64,000 nucleotides of DNA. Origin: an uncultured Eubacteriales bacterium (GTDB lineage: Bacteria; Acidobacteriota; Aminicenantia; Aminicenantales; UBA8522). Positions 20,206-30,309 of this stretch are shown in pieces (position 1 is the first letter of the stretch; each line of letters begins with the position of its first letter). Under the pieces are notes generated by a model. It was given only the letters and a program-made list of their open reading frames with translations. It did not search any database and was not told the DNA's origin. The translations under genes and the position numbers were made by a program. The stretch is from positions 2,919 to 66,918 of the forward strand of contig CAZOKP010000002.1 of the NCBI GenBank assembly GCA_964580435.1, in the 5' to 3' direction.

Positions 20206-21237
20206 ATGAGTATGCTCAGCTGGTTCAAGGAAAGGCTCTTTTGTGACCTGGCCATAGACTTGGGAACGGCGAACACGCTCGTCTTCCTCAAAGGGAGGGG
20301 CATCATCGTCCAGGAACCTTCCATTGTCGTCGTCAATAAGACAACCGGGAAAGTCGAAGCCGTCGGGAGTCGGGCCAAGGAAATGCTGGGGAAAACGCCG
20401 GCTTCCGTCTCGGCGATCAAGCCAATGCGCGATGGAGTGATCGCCGACTTCGAGATTGCCGAGAAAATGCTCGACTATTTCATCAAAAAGGCGACCAACA
20501 ATCGAGGCTTTTGGCTGCGGCCGAGGATCGTCATCGGCATTCCCACGGGCATCACCCAGGTCGAGCGGCGGGCCGTGAAAGACGTGGCGATGAGGGCCAA
20601 AGCTTCGGAGGTCTATCTCGTGGAGCAGCCAATAACGGCAGCGGTGGGAGCGGACCTCCCGATTTCTGACCCGACAGGGAACATGATCGTCGACGTCGGC
20701 GGCGGCACCACCGATATCGCCATCATATCTCTCGACGGGATCGTCTTCAATCATTCCATCAGGATCGCCGGAAACGAGATGGACGAGGAGATCATCCAAT
20801 ACCTGAAGAAAAAGTACAACCTGCTGATCGGCGAGAAGAGCGCCGAATTTGTCAAGATCCAGATCGGGTCGGCCTATCCTTTGGATGAGCCCTTGACCAT
20901 GGAGATCAAAGGACGTGATCTTCGCGAGGGGATACCCAAGACCATCGTTATTGACGATCAGGAAATACGAGAGGCCCTCGAGGACGTCGTCGCCGCCATC
21001 GTCAATGCCGTCAGGATTGCCTTGGAGAAGACCCCTCCCGAGCTTTCTGCCGATATCATCGACCGCGGCATTGTCTTGACCGGCGGCGGGGCCCTTCTCA
21101 AGAACCTTGACAAACGCTTGCGCGAGGAAACTCAGTTGCCTGTTTTCGTCACCGATGACCCTCTGACCAGCGTCGTGCTCGGAGCGGGCAGGCTCTTGGA
21201 TGACCTCGATCTCCTAAAAAAGATTGCTCTCGATTAG
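20206..21237 (+). CDS. mreB: Rod shape-determining protein MreB
   Basis: DLAIDLGTANTLVF actin-fold phosphate-1 motif is present. Confidence 0.95.
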   Translation: MSMLSWFKERLFCDLAIDLGTANTLVFLKGRGIIVQEPSIVVVNKTTGKVEAVGSRAKEMLGKTPASVSAIKPMRDGVIADFEIAEKMLDYFIKKATNNRGFWLRPRIVIGIPTGITQVERRAVKDVAMRAKASEVYLVEQPITAAVGADLPISDPTGNMIVDVGGGTTDIAIISLDGIVFNHSIRIAGNEMDEEIIQYLKKKYNLLIGEKSAEFVKIQIGSAYPLDEPLTMEIKGRDLREGIPKTIVIDDQEIREALEDVVAAIVNAVRIALEKTPPELSADIIDRGIVLTGGGALLKNLDKRLREETQLPVFVTDDPLTSVVLGAGRLLDDLDLLKKIALD

Positions 21238-21263
21238 AGAGGCGCGGGTTGAACTGAATCTTC

Positions 21264-22100
21264 ATGCCTTTTTCCCTGAAAGAGAGAAGAAAATTCGCCC
21301 TCTTTGCCGGGTTGATTTTTTTCCATCTGACCTTGATCTCTCTCCAGGTCCCCAAAGGAAACCAGCCGACATATTTTGAGCGCGCTTTTTTTGCCGTGTT
21401 TACCCCTGTCCAGCACGGGGTGGTCTCCTTCTTTCAGGGTGTGGGCAGGTTCTGGAAGGACTATTTTTATTTCCGCCACGTCCAGCGGCAGAATCAGGAA
21501 ATGCGGGATGAAATTTTTCTGCTTCGACAGGAGAACCAGGCCTTCCGAAATATGTTGCTGAAGTTCAAGAGCGAGAAAGAGATCCAGGAACGGCTGGCGA
21601 CGATTTCTCGCTCCATCCTTGTCTGTTCTGTGATCGGGTTTAATTCGAGCGAGATCTATAAATCTGTCGTTTTGAATAGAGGCTCGCTCGATGGCCTGAA
21701 GAAGGATATGGTTGTCCTGGATAAGAAAGGCCGTCTTGTCGGACGCGTGATTGACCCGGTCTCTTTAAAGCAGGCGAGGGTCCAGCTCATTACCGATAAG
21801 GAAAGCGGAGTCGGGGTCCTCTCCGAACGCCAGAGGGTTGTCGGCGTCCTGACGGGCTACGCCGAAGGAAAATGTTTGATGAAGTATGTCCTCAGGACCA
21901 ACAAAGGCATCGAGGAGGGTGAGGAGGTCCGCACCTCAGGGTTTGAGGGCATCTACCCTGCAGAAATTCCGGTGGGGAAGATCATCTCCGTTACCGAGGA
22001 TGCCACCCTGTTCAAAAAAATCATCGTGGAACCGTATTTCGATTTTTCTGACCTGGATGAGGTGGCCGTTTTCACCATCGACCTGAGAGAATTATCGTAA
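21264..22100 (+). CDS. mreC: Rod shape-determining protein MreC
   Basis: N-terminal TM helix, coiled coil and C-terminal beta domain. Position immediately after mreB. Confidence 0.85.
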   Translation: MPFSLKERRKFALFAGLIFFHLTLISLQVPKGNQPTYFERAFFAVFTPVQHGVVSFFQGVGRFWKDYFYFRHVQRQNQEMRDEIFLLRQENQAFRNMLLKFKSEKEIQERLATISRSILVCSVIGFNSSEIYKSVVLNRGSLDGLKKDMVVLDKKGRLVGRVIDPVSLKQARVQLITDKESGVGVLSERQRVVGVLTGYAEGKCLMKYVLRTNKGIEEGEEVRTSGFEGIYPAEIPVGKIISVTEDATLFKKIIVEPYFDFSDLDEVAVFTIDLRELS

Positions 22101-22112
22101 AAGACAGGACGC

Positions 22113-22592
22113 ATGAAAGGTCTTTTTGAAGCCGTTGTGGGGATCATTCTTGCCGTTATCCTCGAGACCGTTCTCGGCAAGATCTCGGCGCCGCTCCTCT
22201 TTTTGTTCAATGCCTTTTCTTGGGTCGTTCTTTATTTCAGCCTGACCAAACACGAAGTCTTTGGGGCAGTCATGGGAACGGTCTGCGGGCTTCTCCAAGA
22301 TTCTTTTTCCCTGGGGATATTCGGCGTGGGCGGATTGACCAAGACCCTGCTGGGTTTCACGGCAGGGTTCGTTTCTCGAAAAATCAATGTGATCCCCGTG
22401 ACCCGCAATTTTGTTTTTCTTCTGATTGTTTCCTCCATCGAACTCGCGTTATGGAAATTCTTGGTCTTTTTTCTTTTCGGGGAGCGCTTTGCGCTGGGAG
22501 GCGGGCTCGCTTTGCTCCAGCCTCTAGTCACGGCGTTTTTCGTCACTCTCGTGTTCCAGATCGTGCGGAGGAAGAGGGGAGAGAGTTTATAA
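22113..22592 (+). CDS. mreD: Rod shape-determining protein MreD
   Basis: 159-aa polytopic membrane protein directly after mreC. Confidence 0.75.
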   Translation: MKGLFEAVVGIILAVILETVLGKISAPLLFLFNAFSWVVLYFSLTKHEVFGAVMGTVCGLLQDSFSLGIFGVGGLTKTLLGFTAGFVSRKINVIPVTRNFVFLLIVSSIELALWKFLVFFLFGERFALGGGLALLQPLVTAFFVTLVFQIVRRKRGESL

Positions 22593-22595
22593 GCC

Positions 22596-24398
22596 GTGAA
22601 AATAGAAAAAAATAGGTTCTACGAAGACCTCTCCCTCATCGTGCTGAGGGCGAGGCAGGTCTACTTTGCCGTGGGCGGTCTCTTTCTCCTCCTGCTTTTC
22701 TTTTTCTGGAAAGTCCAGGTCCTTGATTTCAAGAAATATTGGTCTCTTTCGGAAGCGAACCGCACCCGCGAGAGCGTCATCTCCGCTCCCCGCGGCCTGA
22801 TTACTGACCGGAATGACGTCATCCTCGCCGATAACGCCGGCTCTTTCAAAGCGTCATTTATCCGGGAGAACTGCCAGGATTTCGGGCGCTCCCTAGAAAA
22901 CATCAGCCGTCTTTTGCAGATCGAGGAAACCGACCTGCAAGCGAGGATCGCCAAGTACGCGTCTTTTCCTCTTTTCAAGCCGATTATTGTCAAGGACAAC
23001 TTGGACCTGCGGGAAGTCTCGCGGATCGAATCTAGGAAGCTGGAGTTCCCCGAGCTGGTGGTAGAAACCGACCCCAGACGATTCTATCCGTTTTCCACCG
23101 TGGCGGCTCATGTGATCGGCTATATGCAGGAGCTGACTCCCGAGGAGATGAAGTCGGATTTTTACAAAGGGAGAAATCTTGGTGATCTCGTGGGCCAAAC
23201 GGGTGTGGAGAAAGAATATGAATCTGTGCTGATTGGAGCCGACGGCAGATTGACCGAAGTCGTTGACAGTGTCGGACGAAGCCGCGGCGAAGTGGCGAGA
23301 GTCGATCCTGCACCGGGACACAACATCCAGCTCACGCTCGATTTCGACCTCCAGCGGAAAGCGACGGAATTGCTGGAGGGAAGGGAAGGGGCCATTGTCA
23401 TTCTGGACCCGCGCACCGGCGAGGTCTTGGCTCTGGCCAGCTTTCCGACGTATGATCCCAATAAGTTCATTGCCCGCTTTACTCCCAAGGAATGGATGGA
23501 CCTCATCAACCGGCCCGACGATCCTTTGGAGAATCGCGCCATTCGCGGCCTCTACGCGCCCGGGTCTGTTTTTAAGCCGACGATCGCCTTGGGTGCCCTG
23601 AGCAGCGGGCAGATTACCGAGCAGACGACTTTCTTCTGCGGGGGCACCACTCATTTTTACGGGCGCCCTTTTTCGTGCTGGTTTGCCGGAGGACACGGGG
23701 TCCAGAATTTGACCCAGGCCATCCAGCACTCCTGCAATATTTATTTTTACAACGCCGGCCGCAGATTGGGAGTCGAGAGGATCGCTGAATACGCCAAAAC
23801 CCTTGGCTTGGGCAGTCTCACGGGGATTGATCTGCCGGGTGAAAAAGAAGGCTTTGTCCCGACAGAAGAATGGAGTCGAAACGTCAGAAAAACAGACTGG
23901 TATCCGGGAGAGACGATTTCCCTATCCATCGGCCAGGGACCATTGCTTGTCACCCCGCTCCAAGTAGCCTTCCTTACTGCGATCTTGGCCAACCGCGGAA
24001 GAAAAGTCGTCCCCCATCTACTCAAGTTTCCGTCCCAGGCTCTGAAACAGGCGGAGGAGATATCGGATTCCCCCGCCAGAATAATCAGTGTCGGGACCTT
24101 CGAGAAAGTCATCAAAGGTATGTGGAAGTCTGTGAATGAGGGAGGCACGGGCCATTTCGCTATGGTTGAAGAATTTGATGTCTGCGGAAAGACAGGCTCG
24201 ACCCAACTCATCAGTAGAGAAAGAGCGGCGAAGCTGGGCAAGGAAATCAAACCCCATTCCTGGTTCACTGGTTTTGCTCCGCGGGACAATCCTCAGGTTG
24301 TGGTCACAGTCTTAGTCGAGTACGGGGGAATGGGGGGTACCACAGCGGCTCCACTCGCCAAGGAATTATTCAACCTGTACAAGAACAAATATGATTGA
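22596..24398 (+). CDS. mrdA: Penicillin-binding protein 2 (peptidoglycan D,D-transpeptidase), GTG start
   Basis: SVFKP (SxxK), HSCN (SxN) and KTGST (KTG) motifs are present. N-terminal TM helix. Confidence 0.9.
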   Translation: MKIEKNRFYEDLSLIVLRARQVYFAVGGLFLLLLFFFWKVQVLDFKKYWSLSEANRTRESVISAPRGLITDRNDVILADNAGSFKASFIRENCQDFGRSLENISRLLQIEETDLQARIAKYASFPLFKPIIVKDNLDLREVSRIESRKLEFPELVVETDPRRFYPFSTVAAHVIGYMQELTPEEMKSDFYKGRNLGDLVGQTGVEKEYESVLIGADGRLTEVVDSVGRSRGEVARVDPAPGHNIQLTLDFDLQRKATELLEGREGAIVILDPRTGEVLALASFPTYDPNKFIARFTPKEWMDLINRPDDPLENRAIRGLYAPGSVFKPTIALGALSSGQITEQTTFFCGGTTHFYGRPFSCWFAGGHGVQNLTQAIQHSCNIYFYNAGRRLGVERIAEYAKTLGLGSLTGIDLPGEKEGFVPTEEWSRNVRKTDWYPGETISLSIGQGPLLVTPLQVAFLTAILANRGRKVVPHLLKFPSQALKQAEEISDSPARIISVGTFEKVIKGMWKSVNEGGTGHFAMVEEFDVCGKTGSTQLISRERAAKLGKEIKPHSWFTGFAPRDNPQVVVTVLVEYGGMGGTTAAPLAKELFNLYKNKYD

Positions 24399-25479
24399 CC
24401 GGCGGCACATCGAGAACATTGACTGGTTCCTGATTATCCTTCTTGTCTTGATCTCTCTTGTCGGGGTCCTGGTCGTTTACAGTTCCTCTCATTACCTGCC
24501 GGGGAAGTATTATCTCAAACAGATGCTCTTTATCGGCGTTGGCCTGCTGCTTCTTTTCCTTTTTCTCGCCGTGGATTACAAGGTTTTAACGACCTATTCC
24601 TTTTATTTTTACGGCCTGATCGTGCTGGTCCTCGCGGGAATGCTGTTGTTCAGTCAACTCACGGCGAAGGAGAGCTGGATCAAGCTCAAGTATTTTCAGG
24701 TTCAGCCTTCCGAGCTGGCCAAGATCGCCCTCATTCTTGTCCTGGCCCAGATGTTTTCCGAATACAAGAGGAATTACGTCTCCCTGGGCGCCGTCCTGGC
24801 TAGCGGCGGACTCGCAGCCGCTTTTTTCATCTTGGTCGCTTTGCAGCCGGACCTGGGGACGGCGGTGAGCTTTCTCCCGCTGCTCTTGGGCGCCTTGATA
24901 CTTGCCGGATTAAAACGGAGAGCCCTGGTATTGATTCTTGTTTTATCGGTCTTGCTCGGCGTTGCCGGCTGGGATTTCTTCCTCAAGGATTATCAGAAAA
25001 AGAGGTTGACAACGGTTGTTTTTCCTGGGAAGGATCCCCGGGGATCCGGCTACCAAATCCTCCAGTCGAAAATCGCCATTGGCTCGGGAGGTTTTTCCGG
25101 AAAGGGGTTCAAAAAGGGGACGCAGAGCCAGCTGAGATTTCTGCCCGCCCGGCATACAGATTTTATCCTCTCCGTGGTCGGGGAAGAATTTGGGTTTCTC
25201 GGCGTGGCGGGGGTCTTGATGCTGTATTTTTTGTTTATTGCCAGGCTTTTCCATTCCGCCGCACAATCCAGGGACAGAACGGGCGTTTATATCATCTTCA
25301 TGGTCAGTTTGATGTTTAGTTTTCAGACTCTCGTGAATGTCGCCATGGTCATCGGGCTCTTCCCGATCGTCGGGATCCCCCTCCCCCTGCTCAGCTACGG
25401 AGGTTCCTCCCTTCTGACGAGCTTCCTGGCGGTCAGCCTTGTTTTGAATGTCAAAATGAGAAGGTTCGTCAATATTTAG
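24391..25479 (+). CDS. rodA: Rod shape-determining protein RodA (SEDS family peptidoglycan polymerase)
   Basis: FtsW/RodA/SpoVE family membrane protein. Overlaps mrdA by 8 nt. Confidence 0.9.
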   Translation: MIDRRHIENIDWFLIILLVLISLVGVLVVYSSSHYLPGKYYLKQMLFIGVGLLLLFLFLAVDYKVLTTYSFYFYGLIVLVLAGMLLFSQLTAKESWIKLKYFQVQPSELAKIALILVLAQMFSEYKRNYVSLGAVLASGGLAAAFFILVALQPDLGTAVSFLPLLLGALILAGLKRRALVLILVLSVLLGVAGWDFFLKDYQKKRLTTVVFPGKDPRGSGYQILQSKIAIGSGGFSGKGFKKGTQSQLRFLPARHTDFILSVVGEEFGFLGVAGVLMLYFLFIARLFHSAAQSRDRTGVYIIFMVSLMFSFQTLVNVAMVIGLFPIVGIPLPLLSYGGSSLLTSFLAVSLVLNVKMRRFVNI

Positions 25480-25482
25480 GGA

Positions 25483-28053
25483 ATGGGTCACGAACAAGAC
25501 CTCAAGGATATTCTCAAGCACGTCGAGAAGCCTGGCCGGTATATCGGCGGCGAGTGGAACGAAACAAGGAAGGATCCGGGGACCGTCGCGGCCAAGATCG
25601 CTCTTGTCTTTCCTGACGTCTATGAGATCGGCATGTCCTATTTGGGGCAGAAGATTCTCTATGACGTTCTCAACTCGCGCTCTTCGTTCTTAGCCGAGAG
25701 GGTTTTTACTCCCTGGCCCGACCTGGAGGAAAAACTCCGCTCTCGAAAGATGCCGCTCGTCTCCTTGGAGAACAAGATTCCGCTGCGCGACTTTGATATC
25801 CTCGGGTTTTCTCTGCTCTACGAGCTCAACTATTCTAACATTTTGACGATCTTGGACCTCGGGGGCATCCCTTTCTTAGCGGAAGAACGCGAGGATGACG
25901 GCCCTTTGATTATCGCCGGGGGACCGGCCGCATTCAATCCCGAGCCGGTGTCGGATATCTTTGACGCTTTTTTCCTGGGAGACGGGGAAGAGGGATTTCC
26001 CGAAATCGCCGAAAAATATGTTTTCTTGCGAAAAAGTGGAGCCAGAAAAGACGAGATCTTGAACAACCTGGCCAAGATCCGTGGCGTCTATGTTCCCCGT
26101 TTGTACGGCTGTTTTGAGCCTCCTTGTTCTTCGCTCCTGGCGCGGTGGCCCAAAAACAGAGCACCTGACCGGATCAAAAAAAGGGTCATTGCTCCGCTGG
26201 GAAAAGTTCCCTTCCCGGAGAAGATCGTGGTCCCGGACGTTCAAGTCGTTTTTGACCGTGTGGCCGTTGAGGCGAGCAGAGGATGTCCGCAGAGATGCCG
26301 ATTCTGCCAGGCCACCCAGGTCTATTTTCCTTTCAGGATCCGCAGCCCTTCTTCTCTGCTAGAAAGCGTCTGCGGCAGCCTGCGTTCCACGGGCTATGAG
26401 GATGTTTCTCTGTCCGCTCTCTCGGTCAGCGATTACCCTTACCTGGAAGGAACTGTCGAGGCTCTTATGGAAAGATTGGCCGGGCGGAGAATCGCTCTCT
26501 CCTTATCCTCGCTCCGGCCCCAGGGGTTGACTTCCGCCCTGGCAGATAACATCCTCAGAGTGAGAAAGACCGGGTTCACCCTGGTGCCCGAAGCCGGGAC
26601 AGATAGGCTCCGTCGGGTCATTAACAAAAACCTTAAAAACCAGGACATCCTCGATGCGGCGGCCCATGCGTTCAACCGCGGCTGGCAGCTTCTCAAGCTC
26701 TATTTCATGGTCGGCCTTCCTACCGAGACGCAGGAAGATTTAGAAGGAATCGTCCGGTTGTGCGGAGAGATCATCCGGATGGGGAAGACCATGATGAAGT
26801 CGCCTCCTCGAATAAACCTCAGCCTTTCTTCTTTTATTCCCAAGCCGCACACACCCTTCCAGTGGCTGGCCATGGAGACTGGGGAGAGCCTCGAGGAGAA
26901 ACAAAAATTCGTCCGCTCCCGGCTCCGTCAGTTCCGGTCAATCAAGATAAAGGACCATCCGACTCATACCTCCATCCTGGAGGGAGTTTTTTCCAGAGGA
27001 GACAGGAGGCTTGGACCCGCGCTTGTCCAGGCCTGGAAAAAGGGCGCCCGGTTCGACAGCTGGAAAGACTGGTTTTCCTTTTCTCCTTGGGAGGAATCGT
27101 TCAGGGCAGAGAATTTGGACTACAGAATCTATCTTGGCCCTCTTGACACGGCCGCCCCCCTTCCCTGGGACCACATCGATACGGGGATCAAAAAGAGCTT
27201 CCTTCTGGCCGAGCTCGAAAAAGCTTTGGCGGCAGAGACAACACCTTCCTGCCTTGAAGCCAGTTGCAGCCAATGCCAGGCCTGCGATGCGGAGCTCCGC
27301 CCCCCCAAAAAGTTTCCCCGGGAGCGCGAGTCAAGAGCCCGAAAATTTTCTTTTTTTGGAGAGCGCGCCGATCGAGTCCTGCGCTATGAGCTGACTTATT
27401 CCAAGTCCGGCTGGGCCCGGTACTTGTCCCATCTCGACCTCGCCAACCGCCTCCAGAGGACTCTACGCCGGGCAGGAATCGAGCTCGCTTTTTCTCAAGG
27501 TTTTCACCCCAAAATGCTCGTCTCCTATGGACCGGCGCTTCCGCTGGGCACGGAAGGAAAGGCCGAGTGCTTCGAGTTCAAGTCGGCGTATCATTTTGAT
27601 GAAATGGGATTCATCCGGCGCCTCAATAGATATGCCGGGCAGGGGATCAGGTTCTCCTTGCTGAGAAAGATGCCGGAGTCTGCTCGGACCTTGAATGAAA
27701 GGATCAAGGGGATGATCTACTCCGTGGACCTCGGGGATCCCGACATAGGGAAAGCGCTCGAAACCAGAAAGCGAGAGAAGGACAGAGTGCGAGTCGGCGA
27801 TGCTGAGTTCGTCAGGGAAGAAATGGCCGAGCTTTGGACGCAGACTCCCGAAGCCCTGAAGAGCTTTTGGGTGGACAAAAAGAAGCAGCGGATCTTCCTG
27901 TGCCTGCCTTATATATCTTACCGCGGTCTCCGCTCCCAGGATATCGTCGCAAAAGTTTTTGGCTTGTCCTCTCCCGCATTCTATCTGAAGCGGGAACGGT
28001 TTGTTTTCGAGGGAGAGGAAAAAATTGACTTTAAGCAATCTTCCAGTATATAA
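25483..28053 (+). CDS. Fusion protein: B12-binding-domain radical SAM protein (TIGR03960-like) fused to a radical-SAM-associated DUF2344 domain (TIGR03936-like)
   Basis: PGRYIGGEWN N-terminus and CPQRCRFC (CxxxCxxC) cluster motif are present. The C-terminal ~250 aa (YELTYSKSGWARYLSHLDLANRLQRTLRRAGIELAFSQGFHPK) is DUF2344-like. One uninterrupted 856-codon ORF. Confidence 0.85.
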   Translation: MGHEQDLKDILKHVEKPGRYIGGEWNETRKDPGTVAAKIALVFPDVYEIGMSYLGQKILYDVLNSRSSFLAERVFTPWPDLEEKLRSRKMPLVSLENKIPLRDFDILGFSLLYELNYSNILTILDLGGIPFLAEEREDDGPLIIAGGPAAFNPEPVSDIFDAFFLGDGEEGFPEIAEKYVFLRKSGARKDEILNNLAKIRGVYVPRLYGCFEPPCSSLLARWPKNRAPDRIKKRVIAPLGKVPFPEKIVVPDVQVVFDRVAVEASRGCPQRCRFCQATQVYFPFRIRSPSSLLESVCGSLRSTGYEDVSLSALSVSDYPYLEGTVEALMERLAGRRIALSLSSLRPQGLTSALADNILRVRKTGFTLVPEAGTDRLRRVINKNLKNQDILDAAAHAFNRGWQLLKLYFMVGLPTETQEDLEGIVRLCGEIIRMGKTMMKSPPRINLSLSSFIPKPHTPFQWLAMETGESLEEKQKFVRSRLRQFRSIKIKDHPTHTSILEGVFSRGDRRLGPALVQAWKKGARFDSWKDWFSFSPWEESFRAENLDYRIYLGPLDTAAPLPWDHIDTGIKKSFLLAELEKALAAETTPSCLEASCSQCQACDAELRPPKKFPRERESRARKFSFFGERADRVLRYELTYSKSGWARYLSHLDLANRLQRTLRRAGIELAFSQGFHPKMLVSYGPALPLGTEGKAECFEFKSAYHFDEMGFIRRLNRYAGQGIRFSLLRKMPESARTLNERIKGMIYSVDLGDPDIGKALETRKREKDRVRVGDAEFVREEMAELWTQTPEALKSFWVDKKKQRIFLCLPYISYRGLRSQDIVAKVFGLSSPAFYLKRERFVFEGEEKIDFKQSSSI

Positions 28054-28081
28054 GGGAAAGAAATTAAAGGAGGAGGATACC

Positions 28082-29236
28082 GTGATCGATTTCAGCTTGA
28101 GTGAGGAGCAGCTGGCCCTTCAAGAAATGGCCCGGGAGTTCGCCCAGAAGGAAATGAAGCCCAATGCGGCCAAGTACGACAAAGGAGGGGAATTTCCTGA
28201 AGAGGTCATGAAGAAGGCTTTTGAAGCGGGATTTATCACCTGCAATATTCCCCAGGAATATGAAGGGGGAGGACTGAAGGAGCTTGAGATTGCCATCATC
28301 TCCGAGGAACTGGCCGCCGGCTGCGCGGGAATGTTCACGACCATCATGGCCAGCTCGCTCGCCTTCACGCCCATCATCCTATTCGGCACCGATGAGCAGA
28401 AAAAGCAATTCCTGACGCCGTTCACCAAAAGGATGTCGTTTTCCTCTTTTTGCCTGACGGAAAGAGAAGCGGGCTCGGACGCCTCATCGCTCAAAACCAC
28501 GGCTAGGAAGGTCGGCTCGGAATACGTCATCAACGGTTCCAAGTGTTTCATCACCAACGGCGGGATTGCCAGCCTCTACGTTGTTTTCGCCAACTCCGCC
28601 CCTGAAAGAGGCCCGCGTGGCGTCAGTGCCTTCCTGGTGCCCAGGGAAACTCCGGGCATCACTGTAGGTAAAGAGGAAGACAAAATGGGGCATCGGGCTT
28701 CTAATACCACGGAGCTCTTCTTCGAGGACGTCAAAATTCCTGAGGCCAATCTTCTGGCGAAAGAAGGGCTGGGTTTTCTCGTCGCCATGAGAACCCTGGA
28801 CAAGACACGGGCTTCGGTCGGTGCCGCTGGTGTCGGCGTGGCCCGGACAGCTCTCGAATACGCTATCGAATATGCCAAGACGAGAGTCCAGTTCGGCAAA
28901 CCCATCGCCCTTTTTCAGAATACAGCCTTCAAGATCGCTCAGATGGCCATGGAGGTCAATGCCGCGCGCCATCTCGTTTGGCATTCAGCCTGGCTGATGG
29001 ATCAGGGCAAGCCGTGTGGAAAAGAGTCCGCTATGGCCAAATGCTTTGGCTCGGATGTCGCCATGCGCACGACCGTCGAGGCGGTGCAGCTTTTCGGCGG
29101 CTATGGCTATATGAAGGATTATCCTGTCGAGAAGCTGATGCGTGATGCCAAGCTGCTGCAGATCTATGAAGGGACCAATGAGATTCAGCGTTTGGTGATT
29201 TCTCGCGAGGTCATCGGCCCGATCAAAGAGAAATAA
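28082..29236 (+). CDS. Acyl-CoA dehydrogenase (short/branched-chain type)
   Basis: ACAD N-terminus (DFSLSEEQ), middle and C-terminal (QIYEGTNEIQR) signatures are present. Start is GTG, preceded by AAAGGAGGAGG. Confidence 0.9.
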   Translation: MIDFSLSEEQLALQEMAREFAQKEMKPNAAKYDKGGEFPEEVMKKAFEAGFITCNIPQEYEGGGLKELEIAIISEELAAGCAGMFTTIMASSLAFTPIILFGTDEQKKQFLTPFTKRMSFSSFCLTEREAGSDASSLKTTARKVGSEYVINGSKCFITNGGIASLYVVFANSAPERGPRGVSAFLVPRETPGITVGKEEDKMGHRASNTTELFFEDVKIPEANLLAKEGLGFLVAMRTLDKTRASVGAAGVGVARTALEYAIEYAKTRVQFGKPIALFQNTAFKIAQMAMEVNAARHLVWHSAWLMDQGKPCGKESAMAKCFGSDVAMRTTVEAVQLFGGYGYMKDYPVEKLMRDAKLLQIYEGTNEIQRLVISREVIGPIKEK

Positions 29237-29245
29237 AAAGCGCGG

Positions 29246-29722
29246 TCAGATTTTGCCCTGAATGATCTTCAACAGGTCCTCTTCCACAGAGGTCTGGGGC
29301 GTTTCGATGATGCGGCCGGCTTCCTGGCCCCGGATGGTTACGATAAAAGTCGGTATCCTCTGAATGCCTTTTCCCTGGATGTATTTGGCCCGGTCTTCCT
29401 TTTTTTGAGGAAGCCCGACATAGGTTGGCCGGATCAGCGGATTCTGGACCATGTCCATGATCTTGAAATACGCGCTCACGTTCTGCTTGCTATCAGGGCA
29501 CCACGTCCCGAGGAAGACCTCGATTAGGATTTCTTCGTTGACGGCCTGCAGCCTGCTGATGATTTCAAGGTTAGGGGAATAAGACTCGACCACAGTCTTC
29601 CAGTCGGGGAGATTCTGAAGAATTTCATCCTGGGTGAGCTCACCCAGAAGTTCGACTTGACCGGAGAGAAGTGCAGCCAGAAGGGCTATGGCAAAGGCTG
29701 AGAAAACGAATTTTCTGGGCAT
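29246..29722 (-). CDS. Secreted thioredoxin-fold protein (WCPDS active-site-like motif)
   Basis: Signal peptide MPRKFVFSAFAIALLAALLSG, then FLGTWCPDSKQ. Confidence 0.7.
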   Translation of the reverse strand: MPRKFVFSAFAIALLAALLSGQVELLGELTQDEILQNLPDWKTVVESYSPNLEIISRLQAVNEEILIEVFLGTWCPDSKQNVSAYFKIMDMVQNPLIRPTYVGLPQKKEDRAKYIQGKGIQRIPTFIVTIRGQEAGRIIETPQTSVEEDLLKIIQGKI

Positions 29723-29757
29723 CGTCTAGGGCGGAGAAAGCGAGAAGGGGGAGAGAA

Positions 29758-30153
29758 CTAGGATGTTTCTTCGGTAAAATATTCCGGTATGATTCCCAGG
29801 ACCTCCACTCCTGCTCCCTTGGCGATATCAATCAGTTCGACGACCTGGCTGTAGGGGACTTTGGCATCAGCTCTGATGAAGATTGTCTTATCCTGGCGCG
29901 CGGAGTAAATGGCTCTGAGCCGGTCCGGGAGCATTTTAAGGTCGATCTGCTCCTGGTTGATCAGGACACTCATGTCTTTCTTCAGGGTTAGAACGATCAG
30001 TCCCGTGGGCATTCCTCCGCCCGTCTCAGCTGTGGTCTCCGGGAGTTTGACATCGATCCCTTTTTGGACGATGGGGGTTATCACCATGAAAATAATAAGC
30101 AGAACGAGCAAGACATCGCACAGCGGCACGACATTGGGTTCAGCTCTTGCCAT
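29758..30153 (-). CDS. exbD: Biopolymer transport protein ExbD/TolR (orphan; no exbB/tolQ partner adjacent)
   Basis: NVVPLCDVLLVLLIIFMV is the ExbD TM signature. I used the internal ATG (MARAEPN) preceded by AAGGAGGT. The ORF track extends to 30189. Confidence 0.85.
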   Translation of the reverse strand: MARAEPNVVPLCDVLLVLLIIFMVITPIVQKGIDVKLPETTAETGGGMPTGLIVLTLKKDMSVLINQEQIDLKMLPDRLRAIYSARQDKTIFIRADAKVPYSQVVELIDIAKGAGVEVLGIIPEYFTEETS

Positions 30154-30187
30154 ATTGACCTCCTTATGGTTTACTCTCTGGACGTTC

Positions 30188-30217
30188 ATTGTATGATAAA
30201 GATTTTTGCTTTGTCAA
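30188..30217 (-). promoter_or_regulatory. Candidate promoter for exbD (-35 TTGACA, 18-nt spacer, -10 TACAAT on the minus strand)
   Basis: Read from the reverse complement of the divergent intergenic region. Confidence 0.3.
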
Positions 30218-30257
30218 TGACCAAATGGGATCGGAGACTTCCGGCGCAAAGTGCAGG

Positions 30258-30286
30258 GCGTTGCAATTTTTCCCGGGTGCGAGTAT
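30258..30286 (+). promoter_or_regulatory. Candidate promoter for the TIGR04076-like gene (-35 TTGCAA, 17-nt spacer, -10 TATAGT)
   Basis: Sequence ttgcaatttttcccgggtgcgagtatagt is followed by AGGAGGAGGG and the ATG. Confidence 0.35.
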
Positions 30287-30309
30287 AGTGGATTGAGAAA
30301 GGAGGAGGG

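Noticed and set aside
25483-28053. Considered splitting the radical SAM ORF into two genes (TIGR03960-like, then DUF2344-like), as found in many genomes.
   Set aside because: The ORF track shows one continuous 856-codon frame with no stop or frameshift at the domain junction, so a genuine fusion is the simpler reading. A sequencing frameshift cannot be excluded from one window.
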